A stretch of DNA of 64,000 bases from a virus, in IMG/VR virus record IMGVR_UViG_3300043465_002420. One strand, 5' to 3'. Made by a program: the position numbers and the translations under genes. Of this stretch, positions 36,300 through 46,413 are shown in pieces. Within the stretch, counting starts at the first letter, position 1. Every line of letters starts with the position of its first letter. The notes beneath the pieces are model-generated. The model was not told the origin of the DNA, ran no database searches, and worked only from the letters and a program-made list of their open reading frames with translations.

Positions 36300-37395
36300 A
36301 ATATCTCCCGTTTGTCCAAGAATCGTTATAAATATCTACTTTTTCTTGAATTGTTTTGCCTTTCATATCTTCTGCTAATATTTGTAAATTCCTGCCTATT
36401 TTATATTTAGGTATAATAGTTGATTTATAAGAACTTTTATTTCGAATAAAATCATATGATTCAGAAAAATCATTGTGCCAAATGAAAGAAGACAAATGAC
36501 ATTTTTTGCAGATCCAGATTTGATCTTCCTCAAAAATTTCTATTTCTCCTTTTTCTATTCTATTTTTTATATCAAATCTATTTGGCTCATAAGTATATTG
36601 TGCTTTATCGCAAGCCTCACATGGCTTTTTAAATACATGATCAGGAACAATATTAGATCTACCAGAATGTGATCCGTAATAATGATGCAATCTAAACATT
36701 TTTTTAGAAAATCTTGCACAAGTAGACCCAAATTTTCTTGCCCTTAAGCAAAAATCCTGATCTTCCCAATGCTCATTATTTGTAAATACTTCATCACAAC
36801 CATTAATTTCCAACCATTCATTTCTAAAAATCATATAATTGCCATAACAATTAAGTGGCATTAATTTCGCTGATTCATTAATTTCGCTATGTTCTGTCCA
36901 AGAGCATCCAGATTCATTTATCTTTGGAATAGAATTCCAATTAACATTATCGCTATTCATATCCCAAATGGAAATAGAATGACCCGTTTGTGGGTGAGCA
37001 TCCAATACGCTCTTAGGTTCGCAATTGTGAAAATAAAAATCGCAATTAGTGGTTGATTCGGCACAAATTTTTGTGAAGTCTGGTGTTACAAATCTCCAGC
37101 AAGACAATCTTACTATTCTATTTGATTCCGAATACACATATGGAGCATTAAATATTGCACAGTCTAATCTTTTAGCTATATTCAAATTAGGTTTGTAAGG
37201 AACATGAATGATGTTTAATTTATAATGATTTGCATATTGCGGAATAAGATCTTTTCTTTTAGAGTAGTGAGGGTCTATAGCATAAACATCAAAATCTTTA
37301 TAATTTTGTTCAGACAAGCATTTCAATTGTGCTTTAAAAAGATAATCTCCTTCAAAGAAGAAAGATGGTGTCATTCCTACTGTAAGATTTGTCAT
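36289..37395 (-). CDS. GT2/GT7C-like glycosyltransferase
   Basis: INGCDEVF...WEDQDFCLRA; CATAAATA late promoter at 37403-37410. Confidence 0.7.
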   Translation of the reverse strand: MTNLTVGMTPSFFFEGDYLFKAQLKCLSEQNYKDFDVYAIDPHYSKRKDLIPQYANHYKLNIIHVPYKPNLNIAKRLDCAIFNAPYVYSESNRIVRLSCWRFVTPDFTKICAESTTNCDFYFHNCEPKSVLDAHPQTGHSISIWDMNSDNVNWNSIPKINESGCSWTEHSEINESAKLMPLNCYGNYMIFRNEWLEINGCDEVFTNNEHWEDQDFCLRARKFGSTCARFSKKMFRLHHYYGSHSGRSNIVPDHVFKKPCEACDKAQYTYEPNRFDIKNRIEKGEIEIFEEDQIWICKKCHLSSFIWHNDFSESYDFIRNKSSYKSTIIPKYKIGRNLQILAEDMKGKTIQEKVDIYNDSWTNGRYYVK

Positions 37396-37495
37396 AATAA
37401 CTTATTTATGTAGGCTAATCAAAAAAATATAATTTTTAAAAAACAAAAAAATATGATACAATAATGATAACTAATTCTTAATTGGGCAATAAAGG

Positions 37496-38167
37496 ATGTC
37501 CTTCCAAATTTATAAAAATTTGGTAAATCAAGCAACAATGACATTTTCTGAATTTATTAAAAATGAACACAAAAAAATTCTTGGTTGGTGCGATGAAGAT
37601 AAGGCACAAAAATTTTACGATATCATTACAGAATCTAAGGCAAAATTATGTGTAGAAATTGGAGTTTTTGGAGGTTCGTCTTTAATTCCACAAGCTCTTG
37701 CGATGAAAGATAATAATGATGGAATCGTAGTTGGTATCGATCCTTGGACACATGATGCTGCATTAGAAGACATGGAAAAAGATGAGAATAAAGAATGGTG
37801 GTCAAAAATAAATCTAGATGAAATTTATAAAAATTTTACTAGCCAATTAAAATTTTATAAAGTGGATTCATTTTGTAAAATCTATAGAGATAAATCAGAA
37901 AATGTAATAAATGAATTTAAAGATGAATCTATTGATATTTTACACATTGATGGAAATCACTGCGAAAAACTTGCCTATCAAGACTCTGTAAGTTATTTTC
38001 CAAAGGTTAAAAAAGGTGGATACATATTCTTTGATGATACATCTTGGAGTGAAAACGGAAAAAATATATCAACAGAAAAAGGTTTAAATTATTTATTGCA
38101 ATATTGTGAAAAGGAATGTATTGTTGGAAAAGATTGTGTAATCTTAAAAAAAAATAATTACAGATAA
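37496..38167 (+). CDS. class I SAM methyltransferase (Methyltransf_24-like)
   Basis: VEIGVFGGSS, GIDPW, IDILHIDGNH, GGYIFFDD. Confidence 0.9.
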   Translation: MSFQIYKNLVNQATMTFSEFIKNEHKKILGWCDEDKAQKFYDIITESKAKLCVEIGVFGGSSLIPQALAMKDNNDGIVVGIDPWTHDAALEDMEKDENKEWWSKINLDEIYKNFTSQLKFYKVDSFCKIYRDKSENVINEFKDESIDILHIDGNHCEKLAYQDSVSYFPKVKKGGYIFFDDTSWSENGKNISTEKGLNYLLQYCEKECIVGKDCVILKKNNYR

Positions 38168-38187
38168 GATTTTTTTGCGTTGAACAT

Positions 38188-38445
38188 TCATTCGGAAATA
38201 TAAAGAACAGAATAGAAAATTTTCATTTTTTCTTCATATCCATGACCAAGAGGATGCCACTCTTCAGAAGCTTGCATTTGAACAACTTTTTTGCACATAG
38301 CAGCATCTGGAATCCTGTTAAATTTACTTTTGCAAAATTTTATGAAATGAGTTACTAAAACTTCCAAGGAATAAAAACAACCAAGAACAGATACTTCGTT
38401 ATTCTTTTGGATGGCCAACACATATACACTTTTCTTGTTACTCAT
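38188..38445 (-). CDS. hypothetical protein
   Basis: ORF with AAGG SD. Confidence 0.5.
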   Translation of the reverse strand: MSNKKSVYVLAIQKNNEVSVLGCFYSLEVLVTHFIKFCKSKFNRIPDAAMCKKVVQMQASEEWHPLGHGYEEKMKIFYSVLYISE

Positions 38446-38523
38446 GAAACCTTATGCTTTTCATAAATTGATTGATTTTCAAAAAATAATTGTAATTTTA
38501 TTGTAACATTATGTCAATGTTAA

Positions 38524-38829
38524 TTATTTGCTATTCCAAGCAGCATGACTTTCTTCTCTTCTTTTTTTCAATTCAATATCAATATAACTATTTATTTGTC
38601 GATATAAAGGCAAAGATTTGCAAGCAAGCATTAATGGAATTGTTAATTTTTCTATTTTGACTTTATCGTTTTTCAATTTAGCTTGGACATAATCCTGCAA
38701 AATAGTTACTGGCACATTTTTAAATTGTGCTATAGTTTTGTTGATAAATTCATCATCCATAGCCCTAATTGGGTTCACATGTGGTGCAAAGTCAAACAAT
38801 CCTTCAAGATACTGATAAAAAGTTTTCAT
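38524..38829 (-). CDS. capsid-leader hypothetical protein
   Basis: MKTFYQYLE; GAGGA SD. Confidence 0.65.
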   Translation of the reverse strand: MKTFYQYLEGLFDFAPHVNPIRAMDDEFINKTIAQFKNVPVTILQDYVQAKLKNDKVKIEKLTIPLMLACKSLPLYRQINSYIDIELKKRREESHAAWNSK

Positions 38830-39371
38830 TATGTTATCCTCGTTTAAATATATATAATATTTTTAACAAAAGATTTAAATCGTTTGACGCTAAATTATTG
38901 AATATGAATAAAAATTATTGGTCAATTGAATTGTTGCATCCATACTCGCCATCTTACGAGGATGTAAATACATATAAAGACAATAGAAAAAAAGGAACTA
39001 CACTTTTACTTGGATGCACTCATAAATTGTTACCATTGAGCGACTTTCAGATGGACATAGATCCTTGGTATGAAGCACCTACTGTAATTGTCAAAGATTG
39101 GGTCGATAATGATAATTTCTACAACAATATGATTGGCGATGGAGTTTTGAACTTTACTAAAGATTTGACAGAAAAAATCATTAAAATGTCTCAAAGATAT
39201 ACTGAGGCTTTAATTGTTAGATCTTTCAATAAGAAATTGCCAAATATGAAAATCGCAAATTATTTCCCAACAGAAAACGACTTCGCATTGAAACCAAGTA
39301 AAATCTTAAAACATCAAGATTACAACTTTTTTATATGGAATTTTAAAAATGAATCAAATGGAAGAATCTGA
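38769..39371 (+). CDS. hypothetical protein (true start probably near 38902)
   Basis: Overlaps the next gene in an operon-like arrangement; LLLGCT...NMIGDGVLNF may be a degenerate MTase fold. Confidence 0.55.
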   Translation: MGSHVVQSQTILQDTDKKFSLCYPRLNIYNIFNKRFKSFDAKLLNMNKNYWSIELLHPYSPSYEDVNTYKDNRKKGTTLLLGCTHKLLPLSDFQMDIDPWYEAPTVIVKDWVDNDNFYNNMIGDGVLNFTKDLTEKIIKMSQRYTEALIVRSFNKKLPNMKIANYFPTENDFALKPSKILKHQDYNFFIWNFKNESNGRI

Positions 39372-40383
39372 TCTTAAAGTAACCTTAGAAAAATTCGAAA
39401 TAGGTCAATGGTCATATAAGCCAAACTTCAACATCATTTCTAAATTTCCAATCATGAGTAAAGAATGTCTTCGAAAAGTAGAAATGAAAAAACATCTATT
39501 TACATGCAGCACATCTGGATCTACAGGAGAACCAGTATCGGTAGAAAAAACATATGAAGATTACATCTGGTATATGGCAACTACAGTAAGAGAATTTCTT
39601 TGGCGTAAGTGGGATTTCACAAAAAATGTCGCAATAATTAGAGGCGACAATAAAGTGGAAGATTTAGAAACTTGGGGATTACCAAAATTCATAGCACCGA
39701 TACAAGGCATGACATACAAAATGAATTTCGCACCTATAAGTGTAATTCAATCTTGGTTGGAAGAAAAAAATCCACATTACATTCACTGTTATCCATCTAT
39801 TTTAAAACAAATCGATTTATCAAAAGTAACAAATCTAATTGATGTAAAAGGCACAGGAGAATTAGGCGGAACTATGTTTTCATCCGAAGAGTGTGGAACT
39901 ATAGCGATACAATGTCCTGATAACAAAAACAATTATCATGTCATGGAAAATCAAATGGTTGAAGTCGATACTGATGGTAGCATGATTATAAGTACCATGA
40001 CAAACCCTTACATTAGAAGATATAAAAATGGCGATCATATAGAGCTTGGAGAATGCACTTGTGGAAGAACATTACAAACCATTACAAAAATAAATGGAAG
40101 GGTAAGAAATATGTTTGTGCTTCCAAATGGAGATAAAAAATGGCCATTAATTGGAAGTAGAGACTACCATAGTAGATTTGGTATAAAAAAATACAAAGCA
40201 ATTCAAACATCGATTGATCAATTGGAATTGCAAATCATATGTGAGCCACTTGAAGAAAAAGAAAAAGAATTAAAGGATTTAATTTTAGAATGGTTACAAT
40301 CGCCAATAAATATAACTATTAAATATGTTTATTCTTTTCCAAACTATAAACATGAGGAGTTTATTTCTTTGGCGGACAAATGA
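39349..40383 (+). CDS. phenylacetate-CoA ligase-like adenylate-forming enzyme
   Basis: STSGSTGEP loop; RYKNGD...CTCGRTL...INGR. Confidence 0.8.
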   Translation: MNQMEESDLKVTLEKFEIGQWSYKPNFNIISKFPIMSKECLRKVEMKKHLFTCSTSGSTGEPVSVEKTYEDYIWYMATTVREFLWRKWDFTKNVAIIRGDNKVEDLETWGLPKFIAPIQGMTYKMNFAPISVIQSWLEEKNPHYIHCYPSILKQIDLSKVTNLIDVKGTGELGGTMFSSEECGTIAIQCPDNKNNYHVMENQMVEVDTDGSMIISTMTNPYIRRYKNGDHIELGECTCGRTLQTITKINGRVRNMFVLPNGDKKWPLIGSRDYHSRFGIKKYKAIQTSIDQLELQIICEPLEEKEKELKDLILEWLQSPINITIKYVYSFPNYKHEEFISLADK

Positions 40384-40961
40384 AAAATTTTGAAGAATTA
40401 TGGGATTACATTAAAGAAGACAATTTGATGGGCTATGAGAAAAGTAAAAATCTTTACGATGAATTGAAAACTACTAAAAATTTAAATGGAAACACAGCAG
40501 AAGTAGGAGTATACAAGGGAAAAACTTCAAAATTAATACATTTATTCCATGAAGATAAAAATCATTATTGTTACGATACCTTTGAAGGTGTAGCTCTTTC
40601 AGACTCTAATATAGATTTTCATAAAAATGGAGATTTTAATTGTTCGATAGAAAAAACGAAAGATTTCCTCGGAACCGATAATGTCATATATAAAAAAGGA
40701 ATTTTCCCTTTTACTTTCAAAGAAGAAAAAGAAAAATTTATTTTTGTCCACAGTGATACTGATACTTATGCTGGGGCAAAAGCAACATTAGATTGCTTTT
40801 CTAAAATCATTGTTCATAATGGTATAATTTTATTTGATGATTATCATTTTAAAGGCATTGAAAAAGCAATTTATGAATTTTTTCTAAAGAACAAAAATTT
40901 TTCATTTAAACAATCTCAATATCAATGCGTTCTTACCAATAAAAATATAAAATTGATTTAA
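40380..40961 (+). CDS. TylF/MycF family O-methyltransferase
   Basis: AEVGVYKG, YDTFEG, FVHSDTDTY, GIILFDDY. Confidence 0.85.
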   Translation: MKNFEELWDYIKEDNLMGYEKSKNLYDELKTTKNLNGNTAEVGVYKGKTSKLIHLFHEDKNHYCYDTFEGVALSDSNIDFHKNGDFNCSIEKTKDFLGTDNVIYKKGIFPFTFKEEKEKFIFVHSDTDTYAGAKATLDCFSKIIVHNGIILFDDYHFKGIEKAIYEFFLKNKNFSFKQSQYQCVLTNKNIKLI

Positions 40962-40991
40962 CAAATCGATGAAAATTGATATAATAATATC

Positions 40992-41717
40992 ATGAAAATA
41001 AATTTAAAATACATCATAAGTGGAACTGGTCGTTGTGGAACAGTTTATATGGCTAGATTTTTCACAGAAATTGGGATTAATTGCGGTCATGAAGCCATTT
41101 TTGATAACCATGGCCTAGACATAGCACTTAAAAGAATTAATGGTAATGCTTCAATTGAGACGAGTCATTGTTCTAGATTTGACCTACTGAGATCTAAGCC
41201 CATAGAAAATTGGTTTTCTGCAAATAACATAATGGCGGAATCAAGTTACTTGGCTGCTCCTTTTCTGAATCATTCATGTTTTTCTGATGCTAGATTAATT
41301 CATGTTGTTCGCAATCCTTTAAAAGTTTTAAGTTCTTTTTTTCTAGATGCTAAATTTTTTGATCCTAAATCTGAAGGTCAGAAGCCTTGGAATTCTTTCG
41401 TTTACAGGCATATGCCACATATTGAAATGGAAAAAACCATAATTGAAAAAACTTGTAGGTATATCATAGATTGGAACAGGATGATCGAAAAAAGTAAAAT
41501 TGAAAAAATAAAAATAAGAATTGAAGATTATCCATATGATTCACTTGCTAACTTCCTTAGATCTAATGCAAAAATAATAAAAAACAATAAAATAAATTCT
41601 TGGAAAAATCGTGAAAAAGAGTTAACTATTTTTGATATACCAAAAGGAAAAACAAGAGATGAATTTGTATTCTTTATGAAAGAAAACAAATACACTGTCG
41701 ATATGGTTACAATTTAA
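40992..41717 (+). CDS. sulfotransferase-like protein
   Basis: GTGRCGT, GHE, HVVRNPLKVLSS. Confidence 0.7.
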   Translation: MKINLKYIISGTGRCGTVYMARFFTEIGINCGHEAIFDNHGLDIALKRINGNASIETSHCSRFDLLRSKPIENWFSANNIMAESSYLAAPFLNHSCFSDARLIHVVRNPLKVLSSFFLDAKFFDPKSEGQKPWNSFVYRHMPHIEMEKTIIEKTCRYIIDWNRMIEKSKIEKIKIRIEDYPYDSLANFLRSNAKIIKNNKINSWKNREKELTIFDIPKGKTRDEFVFFMKENKYTVDMVTI

Positions 41718-41719
41718 AA

Positions 41720-42031
41720 TTATTTCGTAATAATGATTCTATTTATTTCACTAATTTTAGACCTTAAAGATTCAACTTCGGAAATAAGATCTATATTTTC
41801 GGATTTCAAATCCATAGATTGATTTTCAATTTCAACTTGTAAATTTAATTTATCTTTTTTAAGAATTTCTATTTTTTCATATAAATCATTTATTTGAAGA
41901 TTCAATCTTTCGATTTCATCGTGTAAAGACAAACTATCACTTTTCAACTGTTCGTTTTCATTTTTTAAAGAATTAGATTTGTTGATTTTACTTTGAAAAA
42001 AGTTTTTTACTGTTGAAATCATAATAATCAC
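41720..42031 (-). CDS. coiled-coil hypothetical protein
   Basis: Heptad-rich sequence. Confidence 0.55.
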   Translation of the reverse strand: MIIMISTVKNFFQSKINKSNSLKNENEQLKSDSLSLHDEIERLNLQINDLYEKIEILKKDKLNLQVEIENQSMDLKSENIDLISEVESLRSKISEINRIIITK

Positions 42032-42204
42032 CTTTTTTATTGAAAAAATAAGATAATTTAAAGTAGTATCAAATATTTTTAATTTTTGTTAAAAAAGACA
42101 TAAAGTGTAATAACTACTATTAGGTATTTTTAATACAGGAGAAATATTAGTCTCCTTTATTTATTGTAAATTTAAATTAACATAAGTGAAATTTGAGGTA
42201 TAAA

Positions 42205-42819
42205 ATGAGAATGAAGTCTTTCCATGAATATGTCGAAATGCGTGATGATTATAATGTAGATGAAAGTATGTTTGGTGGCCTTGTTGGTGCTGCTGGTGCT
42301 GCTGCCCAAGGATTAGGCTCTGGTCTTTTGGGTGCTGGAAAAGCAGCACTAAAAGGTGCTGGGGATGTAGGAAGAGCAGCACTAAATCTTGGTGATAAGG
42401 CCATTTCTGCAACTGGACAAACTGTCATTCAAGGTGCTAAAGACTTTGCTAAAGGTACAGCAGATGCTTATAGCAAAATTGATCTAAACAGAGTAAATGA
42501 TATCATCAATAAATCTACAGACCCAGCATTCAAGTTGTTTATGGGTTCAATTGTTAAAAATTACGATAAGCATTATAAGGCAGCTAAAGATCATTTAGAC
42601 AAACAACAACAGACTGCACAAGCTAAGTCTGCTGGTGCAAGTAAGCCTGGACAAAATAAAGCGATTCAAAAGAGTGCAGATGATTACTTCACCAATGCAG
42701 CAAAAGGAAGACCACCTGCTGCTCGTGCCTCTGCACCTGCTCCATCCAACATTTCATTCTCTAGAGGAGTGTCAACAGGAGCAGAACAAATGCCACAACA
42801 AGGTAGAGTTGCAAGGTAA
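42205..42819 (+). CDS. capsid-leader Gly/Ala-rich protein
   Basis: GAGG SD; MKSFHEYVEMRD...VDE then GGLVGAAGAAAQG. Confidence 0.7.
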   Translation: MRMKSFHEYVEMRDDYNVDESMFGGLVGAAGAAAQGLGSGLLGAGKAALKGAGDVGRAALNLGDKAISATGQTVIQGAKDFAKGTADAYSKIDLNRVNDIINKSTDPAFKLFMGSIVKNYDKHYKAAKDHLDKQQQTAQAKSAGASKPGQNKAIQKSADDYFTNAAKGRPPAARASAPAPSNISFSRGVSTGAEQMPQQGRVAR

Positions 42820-42848
42820 TATTGGTAAAGAATTTAAAAACCGTTCAC

Positions 42849-42891
42849 AAAAATACACCTAAATCTACTTGTGAGATTTAGGTGTATTTTT
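42849..42891. terminator. bidirectional intrinsic terminator
   Basis: 18-bp arms AAAAATACACCTAAATCT/AGATTTAGGTGTATTTTT, 7-nt loop, between convergent genes. Confidence 0.85.
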
Positions 42892-42970
42892 TAGTTTTAA
42901 AAAAAAGCTAATTTATACCTTTTTACAAAAAAATTTCATTGTTATCAACACAAACTTTTTTCGCTGTTAA

Positions 42971-43483
42971 TCAATGTTCAAAAACTATTCCAAATTGGTG
43001 TATTTTTTTATCATTCAATTTATCTACCCAAATACTAAAAAATTCACTTTTTTGCATCTTTCTATTGTCTTTGCTTTTATAATAAGGATCTTTAAAATAA
43101 ACAAATTTTTCATCTACTTTGGTAACAATAACATAATGGCCACTATTAAATAATTTTTTATTTTTATCATTGCCCCAAGATTGAATTGGTACTAATACTG
43201 GCTTTTTTTGATTTGTAAAATCTTGCAACTTATTCAAACTCATCTTATTATATTTATTTACCTTTAGGCCGAAATTTTTAGCTACTGCTATAATATTATC
43301 AGGGCTAGTTCCTTTGTTTTTATTTGTTTTGCACAATGAAACTAACTTTTTATATTCGATTTTTTTAATATTAAAATAAGATAAAATAGAAAAAAGAGCA
43401 GCAGGACCGCAATCATGATCATGTGATTGTTTTTTAATTCTAATACTAATTTCTTCTTGAAGTAACCAATTTTTAAATTGCAT
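42971..43483 (-). CDS. C39 family cysteine peptidase with capsid leader
   Basis: QSHDHDCGPAAL, GTS, GHYVIV, DPY; MQFKNWLLQEE. Confidence 0.9.
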   Translation of the reverse strand: MQFKNWLLQEEISIRIKKQSHDHDCGPAALFSILSYFNIKKIEYKKLVSLCKTNKNKGTSPDNIIAVAKNFGLKVNKYNKMSLNKLQDFTNQKKPVLVPIQSWGNDKNKKLFNSGHYVIVTKVDEKFVYFKDPYYKSKDNRKMQKSEFFSIWVDKLNDKKIHQFGIVFEH

Positions 43484-43544
43484 AACTTATTTAGATTTAA
43501 CAAACAATTTATTCATGTTGTTAAAATAAAAAATTAATTTACAT

Positions 43545-44468
43545 TTAAGACAATTCTTTTATTACATTTGTAAAATCGGCCAAAGGTATTTGATCTGGTG
43601 TTGTTACTGTTGATGAAATCCTATGTTTGTCCAACAGTGACAATTTTAAAAATGAAGACTTCCTTTTTTCTATAGTATTCTTAAATGCAGAAAAGAAATT
43701 AGGCACAACAAAATAAGCCTTTGCAAAATCTAATCTTTTATTTTTTGAGATGAAATAAAACTTGACGACCACAAATTCATCTTCCATTTTTACACCAGTT
43801 GGAACTATAACAAATGGTTTTTTGGGAAAATCTTTGTCTATCATTCCAGTATGTGCAATTTTAGATGGATCTAAAGTTATGTATTTTTTTACAAAATTGT
43901 TTTGTAACAAAGGTAGACTTTTCAAAAATCTTTGAATAACCCTTTTGGTTTCCTTTGCTTCTCCAGCTATTGTATCCCAATCTTTTAAAGCTTTTTCTGA
44001 TTTTTCTTTATTTTTCATTCTGTCAAAAAGATCTTTTCTAAGAAATAAGCCATATTGAACTATCGGATACATGTCTTTCATATATCTATCGTAAAATCTT
44101 TTATACATAACTTCCATATTTGGATCAGAAGACAAGAAAGAAATAAGTTCTGGTTTAAATTGATTTACAAAAGCCAATACTATCTTAACCAAGCTTGAAT
44201 AAACGGCAGATGGGTTTCTACTTTTATTAGTAAGATTATAACCGCCATAAGGATCTGTAAGATTGACATCATAACACTTCATATTTGGAAAGCCAGTTCT
44301 ACTCTTTTCAGTAAAAAAGATAGTATGTTTGCCATCATCAGAAACAAAATCTGATTTATAGCCACTTTCTCCACTTCTAGACATATAAGTATCAAATTTA
44401 ACGGAAGATGTATCAGCTTTAAATGGGTCTTCTAATTCATTTATAATTATCCAATTTTTAAATCTCAT
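43545..44468 (-). CDS. capsid-leader protein (paralog of 53491 and 54542; possibly GNAT-like)
   Basis: NPSAVYSSL...KPELISF...MYKRFYDRY. Confidence 0.6.
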   Translation of the reverse strand: MRFKNWIIINELEDPFKADTSSVKFDTYMSRSGESGYKSDFVSDDGKHTIFFTEKSRTGFPNMKCYDVNLTDPYGGYNLTNKSRNPSAVYSSLVKIVLAFVNQFKPELISFLSSDPNMEVMYKRFYDRYMKDMYPIVQYGLFLRKDLFDRMKNKEKSEKALKDWDTIAGEAKETKRVIQRFLKSLPLLQNNFVKKYITLDPSKIAHTGMIDKDFPKKPFVIVPTGVKMEDEFVVVKFYFISKNKRLDFAKAYFVVPNFFSAFKNTIEKRKSSFLKLSLLDKHRISSTVTTPDQIPLADFTNVIKELS

Positions 44469-44534
44469 TTTTATCTTTCAATATTGTAATTCAATAATAT
44501 ATATATTTAGTAACTTTTATATATTGGACTAAAA

Positions 44535-46115
44535 ATGAATACATTTTCTGAATTTTTTATAGCACAACAAAAAAATGATGTGACATTTTTTCTAGAAAGT
44601 AATCATCAACAATTTGAAGATTCCAAAGAACTTTTCTATAACATGATTTGTAAATTTGGAAATGATCCAATCATATTAGAAGCATGGGGCGATTGGTGGA
44701 ATAAAGCCAAGGAATATGCTGGAAAGGCATGGAATTGGGCCAATAATAAAGATATGAGTTTACAGGATATTGCCACAGGAACTGGGAATTTGGCAAAAGG
44801 TGTGGTTACTGGATACAAACAAGGTTATAAAGCCACAGAAGGCGAAGCTGGAATAAAGAAAATAGAAAGTATTGCAAAAGAAGTATCAGAATTAGCAAAA
44901 TCTTTTTCACAAAAATATAAAGTCGATCCAGTAACAGCAGCGGTTCTTATTTCTGCTGGTGCTACTGGTGGTCTTGGTGCAATTCCAATGATGGCAATAG
45001 CAATAGGATTAAGAAGAAGTGGATCATGGTTAGCCGATAAAGGATTTGAGAAAGTTTGGGAAAAATTAACTGGTACGACTGTAGATCAAGCTGATGCTGC
45101 ATGGCAAGGAAGCTCTGCCTCTGCTCCAAAGATGGCAAGCCCTGCTTCTTCTCCAAAGATGGCAGATCCTGCTGGAACATTTAATGTAATGAACCCCTCA
45201 GCAAATTCCGCATCAATTAAAGATCATTTTCAAAATTCTGGAAATCTTACATTTGAACAATACATCATGTCTAGAGATCCAGAAATGTACATGGAATTAA
45301 CAAGTTGGTTAAAACAACTTGTTGGTAAAGGTGCAAAGAAAGCTGGTGAATTTGCTGGTAATGTTGCACAAGGAGCAAAGGATTATGCAAAAGATGTCGG
45401 AGAAAGAGGATTTGGAACTGCAACTGGAGAAAGGGCTGGAAGAGTTTTGGGAAAAGGTGCTGGAACTTTTGTAAACATTTGGAGCGTACTTAAAAAGAGT
45501 ATTGCAAATGTTGGTAAGTTTATGGCCAACAATCCAGTTAAAACATCTAAATTGGTATTGGCTATTGCTGCTGGAAGTATGATTGGTCATTATGGAACAC
45601 AAGCAATCAATAATTTCATTCATAAGCCTTCATCTGACCAAATAGGAGAAATTACAAAAGCCGCTAAAGACTCTGGTGTTTCTGATACTGACATAAATGA
45701 TATTCATAAAGATACTGGATATTCTGGTAAAGGTGGAGATTTCAGTAATGCTATTGGTGCAAAAATTAGTTATGGCAATGCAGTCGCACAAGCCAAAGCA
45801 GATATCGTTCAAAGCATTAGAGATGGAAATATTACAGATTATGAAACTTTACAAAAAGCAATTAAAGATGCACATAATAAATTTTTCCCACTATTAGATC
45901 CTATTGGAAAAAGAGTTTTTGACAGTAAATTAGATATGCATATCACAAGCTTGGCTGGCAATGGTGCTACAGGAAATGCTGCCGAATTAACAATGAAAAT
46001 CATTAAAAATGCTGGTGGAACTCCAAATATCGAAGCCCTTTCAAATATGGGGCAAGCAATAAACAAAATTAAATCGTCATTAAATACTGATCAGATTGGT
46101 ATTGACAACTATTAA
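44535..46115 (+). CDS. capsid-leader Gly/Ala-rich membrane-inserting-like protein with internal second leader
   Basis: MNTFSEFF; VDPVTAAVLISAG...LRR; internal LTFEQYIMSRDPEMYME. Confidence 0.65.
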   Translation: MNTFSEFFIAQQKNDVTFFLESNHQQFEDSKELFYNMICKFGNDPIILEAWGDWWNKAKEYAGKAWNWANNKDMSLQDIATGTGNLAKGVVTGYKQGYKATEGEAGIKKIESIAKEVSELAKSFSQKYKVDPVTAAVLISAGATGGLGAIPMMAIAIGLRRSGSWLADKGFEKVWEKLTGTTVDQADAAWQGSSASAPKMASPASSPKMADPAGTFNVMNPSANSASIKDHFQNSGNLTFEQYIMSRDPEMYMELTSWLKQLVGKGAKKAGEFAGNVAQGAKDYAKDVGERGFGTATGERAGRVLGKGAGTFVNIWSVLKKSIANVGKFMANNPVKTSKLVLAIAAGSMIGHYGTQAINNFIHKPSSDQIGEITKAAKDSGVSDTDINDIHKDTGYSGKGGDFSNAIGAKISYGNAVAQAKADIVQSIRDGNITDYETLQKAIKDAHNKFFPLLDPIGKRVFDSKLDMHITSLAGNGATGNAAELTMKIIKNAGGTPNIEALSNMGQAINKIKSSLNTDQIGIDNY

Positions 46116-46200
46116 TCTAAGCTACTTTGACTAATAAAATATGCAATTCAAATTATTCAATGATTTGTCTTCTAATAGTTTACTTTCGGTTGTATTACTT

Positions 46201-46413
46201 CTATTTATCAATTCCATGTGTGATGATATCGATTTCTTGTTCAAGCATTTTCTTTTCTTGATTTAAGAAATCTATTTCAGATTTAAGGTCTGACATTTTT
46301 CTTTCTTGAGTCAAAATGCAAGAAATGGAAAATAATGAGATTAAAAAGCAAGTAAGACAAACTCTTGCTTGAATTGTACATGCCATAACAAAAATTTTAT
46401 CAAACATATTCAT
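46201..46413 (-). CDS. small membrane-anchored coiled-coil protein
   Basis: Hydrophobic N-terminal half and charged C-terminal half. Confidence 0.5.
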   Translation of the reverse strand: MNMFDKIFVMACTIQARVCLTCFLISLFSISCILTQERKMSDLKSEIDFLNQEKKMLEQEIDIITHGIDK

